Shown here: piece after piece, positions 39,504 through 51,500 of the stretch | Layout: each line of letters begins with the position of its first letter | Position numbering within the stretch: position 1 is the first letter of the stretch | Origin: Macrostomum lignano | Lineage: Eukaryota | NCBI GenBank assembly: GCA_002269645.1 | Contig: NIVC01001153.1 | Coordinates: 62,001-126,000, forward strand | Reading direction: 5' to 3' | DNA length: 64,000 nt | The notes under the pieces: generated by a model | Databases searched by the model: none | What the model was told of the DNA's origin: nothing | The model's input: only the letters and a program-made list of their open reading frames with translations | Position numbers and translations under genes: made by a program

Positions 39504-42500
39504 ATGGGTTCTGAAGAGGATATTGACGTAAGCGGGGAAGACTTTACTGACCCCGATGACTTTGTGGATGATATCGACGACAAAGGTAAGCCCATAGGTC
39601 ACCCCATGCGGATACAAACGAAGTCAAGACTAAAAAAACGTGCGCAAAATCTTTAAAAGAATTAATGCTACTAGTTAAACCGTAGAATGAGAATGCTTAT
39701 ACTTATTTTATACTGATTTTTATTTAAAAAACAGATTTTAATTTATATATTATAATCATATTCTTAATCTTCTAGATAGTTAGTGTAACTTTCTGACAAT
39801 GGTATTAGTGTTTGTCCATTTATTAGATTTCCTAACTGTTTAGATTATCTTTCATCCTATAAAGGTCTGGCAAAAGTTTGAAAAATGGAAAATCAAAAGT
39901 ATTTTATCATTATAAACTTTAAAGAAGTCCAATTGCTTGTACGATTATAACTATAAGACTAAGATTATAAACTTGCATGGGCCTGTCAGTATCAGTTTGA
40001 CATCTTTGTTTACAATCATATAGGCTTAATTATTATTTGGCAATAGTACAGTTTTGTTCATGAAATTATTTTTTGTTTAAATTTGAAAGTTTAAAACCAA
40101 AAAACAAAAAACAACAATGTTTTAAACTATTCTAGCGACTGTGCCAGAGCTCACTGGTCACAGAATTTTAAAGCAAATGGGCGCTCTATTAATATACTTT
40201 TTTCATTAAATTTGTGCCACGCTTAAATGCTACTTGAAATGCAAGTTGTCTATGGAAAAAATAGTTTAAAAAATCAAAAAGGGGCTTAAACTGTTTCCCT
40301 TTAGCTAAGAAGCTGCTAATATCTGTTTTTTCTTTTGGACAACATATTGTATCATGGCTGGACAACCACTAAGACCCTTGTGGATAATTCCACCGAATGA
40401 AGTGCTGCCAGCAAATGCTCTACCGCAATTAGAGCTAAATGCGCACAACCTGATGGCTACCAAAAGTGCACCAGATGCTGTCTGCAATTTTACAACTTTT
40501 TCCTATAGGGTGCCAACATAAAAAATAGTAAGAAAATAAACGTCAACAAAAACATAAAAAGTAAACTTTGTTTAATTCAAGCCAATGCGTTTCGTCAAAC
40601 ACAAGATGTCGTCAAGGCAAATTTAATCAACCTAAGATCATACCACCAATATATTTAAGCAAAAATCACTGTATTGTCTAGAGAGGGGTCAAAACAGTCT
40701 AGTAGAATTAAGAAAGTGCCAAGTACACAACAAAGTGAGAGAGAAAAAAATAATAAAAAATAGGCACGGCTCTGCTCACAATACTCTTAGTAGAGGTTGG
40801 ACGGGATTGAAATCTTTGGGCGGGATTGGGATTGGGAATAACTTTTTTCTTGGGATTAGGATCAGGATCGGGATTCAGGAATTGAGATCAGGTCTTTTAG
40901 TGTATTGTCCATGTAAAGTTAAACAAAATTGAGAAAAGATTGTCAAGATCAAGAAGTAAAACACAACAAAATTGATATGAAGTTTTGTAACCAACAAAGT
41001 AAATAATGTAACAAGTACAAGTTAAAGCAAAATACCTTCAAGTAATCACTAATTCTATAAATTATTAATTGAAAGACCTGTTCCTGAATCTCAAGTTTTT
41101 TAGGGTCGGGATTCTGGTCCCACGGGAATTCAATTTTCCTCGGGATCCCAAGATTTCGGGATCCCGTCCGACCTCTAACTCTTAGCTCACGTTCCACCCC
41201 ATTGCCAACAAGCTGCACATTCAGGTTGGGTTTGTGCATTCTGATATACGAAGCTTCGATAATCTTAAGCTTATGGTCAAATTTGCACCCATCCAGCACT
41301 GTAAAGAGCTGAATTGGTTTACCATCATAGCATTTTTTACAAACAAGCAGATGGTCATTAATTGCAGAGCTTTTTAGCCAATGTTCCCTAGCTCTAGTAT
41401 GTAGGTGTCGCTTTGTTTTTCTAATGTAAGAAATGCTCTGATCCTCAGAGCAGCGAAATTGGTAAACAACACCAGCCCTTAGAGCAAGTGGAACAGCTGA
41501 CTTGAGCCTGCTGGCATAGCGACTGATCTTTTCGGTGCAAAACACAATCCTAATGGTGTACTTAAGCCATTTGCTAAACATTTTCTTAAGTTTTTCCTGA
41601 AGTCAAGCGAAGCGTTGCCAAAAAATAGGAGAACCAACAGAGTGTCCCAAGAATCTATCTCTGGTTGCCTAGGTTTCGCATCGCTAGAAACTTTCTTAGT
41701 GACAAACACATTGATAATATGGCTGACAAAACTGAAAGGGTAACCATTAGATCTAAGGAATTTAGTCAGGGCACGAACCTCTTGGTGAAATAAACTCCAA
41801 GAACTGCTCACCTCGTTGGCTCTATGAAGAAGGCACCTAACTAACCCAGATTTCCAGTGAGTCTTCAGTGAGAGTTTATGTCAGACTCACTGGAAATCTG
41901 GGCATTTGTTAGACAAGCTACACTTCAACATAAAAAATAATTACAATAAGTCCAGAATTGTTTCTACACAAATTTTTAAAAACATATATAATATTATAAA
42001 TATAAAAGTTATATTAAACTTGATAATGGCTGCTGTTTCAATAACTTTGTTTTAATTTTGTTTCTCTTATAAATTGCATTAATGTTTTTTATTTTAGTTT
42101 CCAATTATTTTTAAAAGATTTTATGCTGGGTTTTTTTCGTCCATAACTTGGGTGCGATTTTGCACCCTGTGCTAGATTTCAGGGTGCAATTTTCAAGACC
42201 AGGATGCGCTGCATGTCCATAACACTAAATTGTGAAATATGTATCGCATCCTTGCAAAAAATTCTAGTGCGCTTTTCGCACCCTGAGTCAAATTTTAGGG
42301 TGCAATTTTTAAGACCAGGATGCTATTTGCACCCATTTGCACAAAAAAACCTAGATTTTATATTGGTTAATATCTAACTACACAATTACATTAGCCCTGA
42401 ACTTTGCTATTTTTTGTAGGCCAACTATATACACTTCATTTTAAACCTAAAAATTCTATATGCCAAGTGTACACCAAAATTGTTAGCAATAGCAAAAATA

Positions 42501-45500
42501 TGCTAGAATTTTCCAACATAAAGGCCATTTTCAGGATTATAAGTTTCTCCATGTTTTTTGTAAAAAGTGAAAAGTGAAAAAAATAGCAGATGAAAATCAT
42601 AGTCAAGATCATGGCATGCCTAGCCAGAACACATCAATCAAAAAAGTTTGATTGCACTATGTACCATAACTTTTTTGAAAAAAAAACACAAAAATTAATA
42701 ATTTTCTATTTGAAAAATACTAACAAAACTTGTTTTTGAATTTGTTTCATAGAAAATGCAATGTTATAATAAATTAATTAAGAAGTTGTCAATACACTAG
42801 CAAACAAAGAATGCTAATAAAAAGAAATTATATGCTAATTTTCTGTCAAAGAAAATATCATATACTCATGCACTAGGAAGTTTTGTGTTATATCAAATTG
42901 TGTCAATTTTTATTGTCTTGCACTATACTGTGCTAAATTTTTCTCCCTTGCCTGCTATTGTGCCAGAATGTATCAGCATAGCAAATGTCCAACCTTTTAG
43001 ACTAGAATTTTCCATGAAAAATGCTATCTTCTTGACTTTAAGATAAAAAGATTGCAATAAAATTCACATGAAATATAGTACAAAATCACAGTTAAAATGT
43101 TAAAATCTGCAGTTAAAATTATGTCCTTAAAGCTAAATTTCATAGTACCTCTTTAGATTGTTACTAGAACAACATATAAAAATATATCATATTGTTTCCC
43201 TTTGCTTTGAATATTGTTGGCTAAATTATAAATGAGTTAATTTAATATTGAATATGTTATATTATGTTATGTTATTATGTTATATAAACTTTATCAACTT
43301 TGGATTTAAAATACAATAAAACAATAAAGCTATTAAGAAAAATATTTATCTATTAGCATTGGTTCTAATGTTAAGCTCTAGAATCTAGTCAGCAGTATCG
43401 TTTGTAGCAATGTCACCATACATGCGCAACTGCTGGCCGACCTGGCCGATCTGGCCACCGTAAATTATGGTGGACCAGGGGTAAGTCGCAAAAATTCCCA
43501 GCCTGAAGAATACAGACATAGCACTAATTAGATGACGAGGCATTTATACCTTATAAGACAGTCATAGTTACTCCTGCCGTTTACCCAAAATTGCGTTAGG
43601 GTTTTCTTTTACAGGTAAGTTGCATTTTTGGTCAAAAAGTAAGTCGCATGGCCAGTGTAAATCAGGGGGTTGCGCATGTATGAATGTCACAAATTGTCCA
43701 ATCTTAACCAGTTAATGTTTGCACATTGCTAGGAGATACCCTGGCATCAGTTGATTATTTCTAATGATTTCCAAGATCTGGCATCAGTGGCTGGCAATTA
43801 GTGGCCTCTGGCAATTGTTTCTGCTGATTGCTAGGATCTGGCACTGGCACTTATGGCTAATGATTGGTGGTTATTCGCGATTGGTTCTGATGATTGCTAG
43901 GATCTGACACTAGTGGCTAGTGATTGGTAGCCTCTGGCAATGGGTTCTAATGATTGTCAAGATCTGGCACTAGTGGCTAGCATTGGTGGCCTCTTGTAAT
44001 TGGTTTTGATAATTGCTAAGATCTAGCACTAGTGGCTTGTTATCAGTGGCCTCTTTAGTGGCCTTAGATTCTTCTTAATACAATGGGCATTGCTAAGCTT
44101 AAAGTTAGATTCATATCCCAGCAACCTGCAACATGCCAAAATATAGGAGCATGTGCCTAAGGCAGGGCATATATACATTTTTTAAGATATAGCTACACAC
44201 TATGCATGTTGCTATTCTTGTTTTTCTATGTACAAGTTACCATTTTAGAACATTTTAAGACTAGTTTCATTGACTGGGTTTGAAGACTTGTTTTGTATAT
44301 TTGTGTATTCTAGAAATTTTATAGATGTGAATCCTACAAATTTACTATTTTAGAATTATATATAAATTATAGATATTGATCTATTTTTAAATAGCCTTAA
44401 GTCAGAAGTCACTAAAACAAAGATTACTTTTAGAAGATATCAAGTTTGAAATGATTACAATGGTTAGTAATTAGATTGGTCTTAATTGGTCTTATAGCTT
44501 TTTAAACCCATATCTTTGTTTGGTATAGAGATCCCTTGTTTGGTTGATGATGCTTTATCCTAACTAAATAATTAACAATCTATAGTTTAGACAACCTGAA
44601 CTATCTATGAGTTAGTTTATAAGTTTATAAGGTCAAGTAAGATGAAAACCACAAAGCTAAAGCACTTATAACCCAATAGATTCAAAACTTTGCTTATAAA
44701 GATAGAGACATTAAAACTAGGTCAACTTTGTCTAAGTCTAAGTTTGACTAAGGATTAAGTTTGAATATGCTTACCACAGACTAAGACTGCCACACTTATA
44801 AGTCAAGCTAGGAATTGGGGGTTCCCAAATCATTGCTTTCTTATTGGCTAGGTATAAATCATTTTGCTTTGTGTTTCTTTAGCCAACATTTGTGTTTTTT
44901 GACTCAACTAGAATTATATAAATCATTTTGTAAATCTTTGCTTTTTTGTTATATAGAAACATTATAATGAAAGTATAGTTTTATTTTTTAGCTTAGCTTG
45001 TAAACTGTTTGGAAATAGGAAGATCTATGCAAGAATGCCTTTGTTGGCCTTCTCTATACATAATCCTTTCCTTGACTATATAATTCTCTAGCTAAAAGGA
45101 AAGCAGTGATTTGGGAACCCCTATTCCAAGCTTGACCAAAAAAGTATAGAAGTCTTGGTCTGCCATATCCATAAATATAATTGATAGATCCTGGCAAACC
45201 TAAATCAAGATCATTGCAAACCTTGACTAGGTTATTGACTAGCTAATCAAAAGTAATTAGCTACTATTAAGGTACCTAGATAGATAAATTGTTATATCAA
45301 AATAGGTCCATTTAAAATGAAACATTTTAAAGTATTTTTATATTTTTTGAGTATACATAACTTTTATGCTTTGAAAGAATTATTAGAGAATGAACTTAAT
45401 ACAAAAAGGCAAAATAGAATACAAATAGAATTCTGACATAAGTAAATCAATTCTAGTGAGCAATAGGGTAGTTTACCATGTCTGGGTAGTCTTCTAGGTC

Positions 45501-48500
45501 ACAAATGGGCAAATTATGTACATGTAAATTTCTTGATGATTTCCTTGTCATTATTGGTTTTTTCAAAATGGAGAAAACAATTTTCTATTATTATTCATGA
45601 TAATTTTGGATGAAAACAATTTTTCTAAAAATAAACAAACAGAAGTTAAGCAGAAATACAAATCAATGTTTTGACAAAACTAAATTTGGAGTTTTTTTGC
45701 ATTTGCTATTTATATCCACATTGATTCCACAAAACAGTAATCTGCATCCAAATTTTAGTATGCAAATCTGTTCCATATTTGCATCTATTTTTGCAGTTTT
45801 AGTTGATACTGCTAGGAAGCATTCCTTAAGCTTGTATTTATTTTATATTAGCATTGGCCTATTAACTTCAATTAGTTATGAACTCTTTGATTTAGCATGA
45901 AATTGTTCAGCCCCTTTGTTAGAATTATGTACCAGTGTATGCCAAAATGAAATTTGCCTCCAGCTGCATTGCTAAATTCTGCGCCATCTTCAATGATGAC
46001 TGCTCCACAGCTTTAAGGGAAAGAACCCTCTCAAGTTAATGGTAGGATTTTTCTCTTCTAGTAGCTTCACTTGATAGGCATTGTTATATAAGCTTAAAAT
46101 GAAAGCTAGTTTTGCAGTTGCTTGTCCAGAGTGCTAGCAAAATTGCAGTGACTTAACAAGGCTTTCAGGCTGGCAATAAACCTAGCTAGGCTCTCACTAA
46201 GCTGCTGCAGATGTGTCTGGAACTGAAATCTGATTGCCAACTCAGATGGCTAATGTGTAATGGTCCTCCAGAATCTTAGTCAACTGGGCTAAAGACTTGT
46301 TGGAGACTTTGGCAGGTATAGGTAAACAGGTTTCTCAACATTCTCATCATGCCTCTACTGATGACAAGTGTGGCCACTTTAGCTTTTTCCTTCACTTCCT
46401 TATAGGTTAAGTAATGGTCAAGGTGTTTTAGCCAGACCTCAATATTGGTATTGGCAGTAAGAATTGGAATTTCACTCAGTGCAAAGCTCATTGCCATTGT
46501 AATAAGCCAGCTCATACAATTGGGCTCTTTGTAAGACATGTTTATGGACCCTAGAACAAAAGAAAGGGTGGTTGGCTTGACTGCCCAGACCCCACTATTC
46601 TAGCCACACATGAGATTGCAAACAAACTACCTAGTATAGTGCACACATACAGAAATACATTAGTTAATCAATTACTAGTAAGCTTACAATTAATAACTAA
46701 AAATACACTAGCATAACATTGCAATATCATATGAAAGATCTTCTTTTTTCATCAAAATTTACCTACTTCATCTATTTATATAAAGACTATGCTAAACTGT
46801 GTTTCTAAATAGTTGGAGCCTACAACTTGGGTCCTAATTTGTATGTTTTAGATAAACATGTTTGGTTAGTCTTGTGTTGCTAGAGAATACTGCATAGCAA
46901 TAGTAGACTAAAGTGGCCAGCAAAATACTCTTCTTAGATATTGTAATACTTATTTTTATATCTTAATTTTTTAACACTTTATTTAGGCATTTTGCCTATT
47001 AGATATTATGATTATTTGTTTTTTTGTTAATATCATTGTTTTTAATTCCTTTTCTTGTTATGAACATAATTTAGCATTGTAAAAATAGTTTTTAATTTGG
47101 CCCTTATTGTAGCCAGTCTACTAAACTAAGTCAGATATCCCCTTTTCCTACACTAGACTATGCCAATATGCCATACTATGCCTACTAGAAATGGGATAAA
47201 ATGACTTTTTTAAACTAATTCTATTAGATTGAATATCTGATAGAACCAGTTCAAATACGAAATAATATCAAATATTCAAATATGAATATTTTAATTAATA
47301 ATATCCCTTTAATAGGTAGTAAAACGGCTCTACCTTGAAAAATATCATTAAACTTCTCTTATCTCTCCATGCACGTCTAGAGCTCCTAGGCGACATCCTA
47401 GCTGAGAAGCCCCAGGAGAAGAAAGCTATTAACAATGCATTGGTACTATCCGGCCTACCAATTGTTGATTCAGCCAGAATCGAACGCTTGCAAGCATTCA
47501 TTCGTGACAAATTCTTGGACAAGCATGGCGAAGTGGTCAAGTTTAGCATGCCTACAGATGAGAATGGCAATAGCCTAGGCTTTGCCCTATGCTGCTTTCA
47601 AACTGACCAGCAGGCCTTGGACGCCTTAACCGATATTCAAGGCGCCTCATTGGACAAAATGCACACGCTCAACGTGTTCAAGTTTTCCGACTTCAATCGT
47701 CTAGCCGACGCCGACGACGAATGGAAGCCGCCAGAGAAAGCGCCGTTTGTTGATCGAGGCGACCTGCGCTCCTGGCTGCGCGAGGACCGCTGTCACGATC
47801 AGTTCGGCGTGCTGCACACCGCTGGCAGCGTTGCCACCATCTACTGGCACTGGCCTGGCGATCCGCAGCCAGTGGATTCGGCCACTAGAAATAACTGGAC
47901 TGAGAGCCGGCTGCACTGGTCACCGTTGGGTACCTATCTGGCCACCTACCATACTAAGGGCATCGCTCTGTGGGGTGGCGAGAAGTTCGAGCAGATTAAT
48001 CGATTTCAGCATAAAAATGTGCAGATTATTGATTTTTCGCCCTGCGAGAGGTGCGTACTTAAATTTGCTTCTTTAAACTGAAATTTAGTCTTTCATAAAC
48101 CCGGAGCTTCTGTCCTTGAGTCCCTGTCACACTCTCACCTTTAGTTGTCCTCGAGTCCCTCTCACAAACTGACCTTTAAAACTGTCCTTGATTCCCTGTC
48201 ATATACGCTGACCTTTAGCTATCCTTGAGTCCCTGTCATAAACTCTCACCTTTAACTGTTTTTGGGTCCTTGTCATGAACTTTCACCTTAAACTGTCTCT
48301 AAGTCCCTGTCCTAAACTCGAGCTTCTGTCCTCAAATCGGTCATAAACTCTCACCAACTGTCCTTAAGTCCCTGTAACAAACCCTCACCTTTAACTGTCC
48401 TTGAGTCCCTGTCACAAACCCTCAGCTTTAACTGTCCTTGAGTCCCTGTCACACTCACCTTTAACTGTCCTTGAGTCCCTATCACACTCACCTTTAACTG

Positions 48501-51500
48501 TCCTTGAGTCCCTGTCACAAACCCCCACCTTTAACTGTCCTTGAGTCCCTGTCACAAACCCTCACCTTTAATTGTCCTCAAGTCCCTGTCACAAACCCTC
48601 ACCTTTAACTGTCCTTGAGTCCCTGTCACAAACCCTCACCTTTAACTGTCCTTGAGTCCCTGTCACAAACCCTCACCTTTAACTGTCCTTGAGTCCCTGT
48701 CACAAACCCTCACCTTTAACTGTCCTTGAGTCCCTGTCACAAACCTTCACCTTTAACTGTCCTTGAGTCCCTGTCACAAACCCTCAGCTTTAACTGTCCT
48801 TGAGTCCCTGTCACACTCACCTTTAACTGTCCTTGAGTCCCTATCACACTCACCTTTAACTGTCCTTGAGTCCCTGTCACAAACCCCCACCTTTAACTGT
48901 CCTTGAGTCCCTGTCACAAACCCTTACCTTTAACTGTCCTTGAGTCCCTGTCACACTCACCTTTAACTGTCCTTGAGTCCCTGTCACAAACCCTCAGCTT
49001 TAACTGTCCTTGAGTCCCTGTCACAAACCCTCACCTTTAACTGTCCTTGAGTCCCTGTCACACTCACCTTTAACTGTCCTTGAGTCCCTGTCACAAACCC
49101 TCACCTTTAACTGTCCTTGAGTCCCTGTCACAAACCCTCACCTTTAACTGTCTTTGAGTCCCTGTCACAAACCCTCACCTTTAACTGTCCTTGAGTCCCT
49201 GTCACAAACCCTCACCTTTAACTGTCCTTGAGTCCCTGTCACACTCACCTTTAACTGTCCTTGAGTCCCTATCACACTCACCTTTAACTGTCCTTGAGTC
49301 CCTGTCACAAACCCCCACCTTTAACTGTCCTTGAGTCCCTGTCACAAACCCTTACCTTTAACTGTCCTTGAGTCCCTGTCACACTCACCTTTAACTGTCC
49401 TTGAGTCCCTGTCACAAACCCTCAGCTTTAACTGTCCTTGAGTCCCTGTCACACTCACCTTTAACTGTCCTTGAGTCCCTATCACACTCACCTTTAACTG
49501 TCCTTGAGTCCCTGTCACAAACCCTCACCTTTAACTGTCCTTGAGTCCCTGTCACAAACCCTCACCTTTAACTGTCTTTGAGTCCCTGTCACAAACCCTC
49601 ACCTTTAACTGTCCTTGAGTCCCTGTCACAAACCCTCACCTTTAACTGTCCTTGAGTCCCTGTCACAAACCCTCACCTTTAACTGTCCTTGAGTCCCTGT
49701 CACAAACCCTCACCTTTAACTGTCCTTGAGTCCCTGTCACAAACCCTTACCTTTAACTGTCCTTGAGTCCCTGTCACAAACCCTCACCTTTAATTGTCCT
49801 CAAGTCCCTGTCACAAACCCTCACCTTTAACTGTCCTTGAGTCCCTGTCACAAACCCTCACCTTTAACTGTCCTTGAGTCCCTGTCACAAACCCTCACCT
49901 TTAACTGTCCTTGAGTCCCTGTCACAAACCCTCACCTTTAACTGTCCTTGAGTCCCTGTCACAAACCTTCACCTTTAACTGTCCTTGAGTCCCTGTCACA
50001 AACCCTCACCTTTAACTGTCCTTGAGTCCCTGTCACAAACCCTCACCTTTAACTGTCCTTAAGTCATGTTGTCATCAGATAAAACCTATTAACTATCGCT
50101 TTTTTACCTCCGCAGGTACCTGGTAACCTTCAGTCCCAGCGTGACTAAGGAGGATCCTCACGCTATCAAGATGTTCGAAGTTGACACTGGCAAGATGAAG
50201 CGCAGTTTCCTGCACGAACAGGCGGCCAAGTGGCCCGTATTTAAATGGAGCCACAAGGGCGAATTCTTTGCCAGAGTGCAAACGGGCAAAGCGCTGCAGG
50301 TGTTTGAGACCCCGAGTTTCTCTCTGCTAGATAAGAAATCAATCAGTGTGCAGGACGTGCAGGATCTGAGCTGGTCTCCTACTGACAATATCCTGGCCTA
50401 TTGGATTGCCGAAACGGACAACCAGCCCGCCAGGGTTATTCTAATGACTATGCCAGAGAAACGAGAGGTGGCTACTAAGATGCTGTTTAATGTGGCCGAT
50501 TGCAGAATGCACTGGCATCCGCAGGTTTGTTTGCGCTTTTGTACTTTTGATAGCCTTTCCTGATGCGTGCGAAATCGCCCTTAAATGTCCCCTATCTGCT
50601 GAAATATCCCGTAAATTTCCCCTATCTGCTAAAATCGCCATTTAATGTCCCCGTCTGCTGAAATCGCCCTTAAATGTCCCTACTTGATAAAAATTGTCCT
50701 TAAATGTCCCCCGTCTGCTGAAATCTCCCTTCAATGTACCCCATCTGATAAAATCGCCCTTAAATGTCCCATAGCCCTGCTAAATAGGCACAAATAAAGA
50801 CTAGTGTTTTCATTATATAAACATTCCTGTCTGCATGTACCTCACCCCGTGATTTAACACCTTCAGGGCAACTATCTGTGTGTCCGCGTCAACCGCTACA
50901 CAAAGAAGAAGCTGGACGCTGACAATACGCCCAAGTACATCAACATCTACACCAACTTCGAGGTGTTCCGTATGCGCGAAAAGAACATCCCAGTTGAAAA
51001 AATTGAAGTCACGGACGCCGTCTCCTGCTTCAACTGGGAGCCGCACGGCAGCAAGTTCGCCATGGTGCAGGGCATCGCTAGCAAAGGCCTGTCCGTTGTA
51101 TTTTATCAGGTGAACGCGCACGACATCGAGAAGGTGAAAGTGCTGGAGAAGCGCAATGTCAACACGATCAGCTGGTCGCCTATTGGTCAGCACGTTGTCC
51201 TGGCTGGCCTCAGATCTGCCAATGGTGGCCTGGAGTTTATCGACACCTCCGACATGAAGACCACGGCCAATCAGGAGCACTTCGGCGCCACCGATATTGA
51301 GTGGGATCCAACTGGGCGCTACGTTGTTACCACCGTGTCATTCTGGCACGTGAAAGTTGACAATGCTAGTCACGTGTACTCTTCGCACGGCACTCTGCTG
51401 TACAAGCTGAACAAGTTGGAGCGAATCTGTCAGTTCGCTTGGCGACCGAGGCCGCCAACTCTGCTGTCTGATGAGCAGATTAAGGTAATTAATTAGCAAG

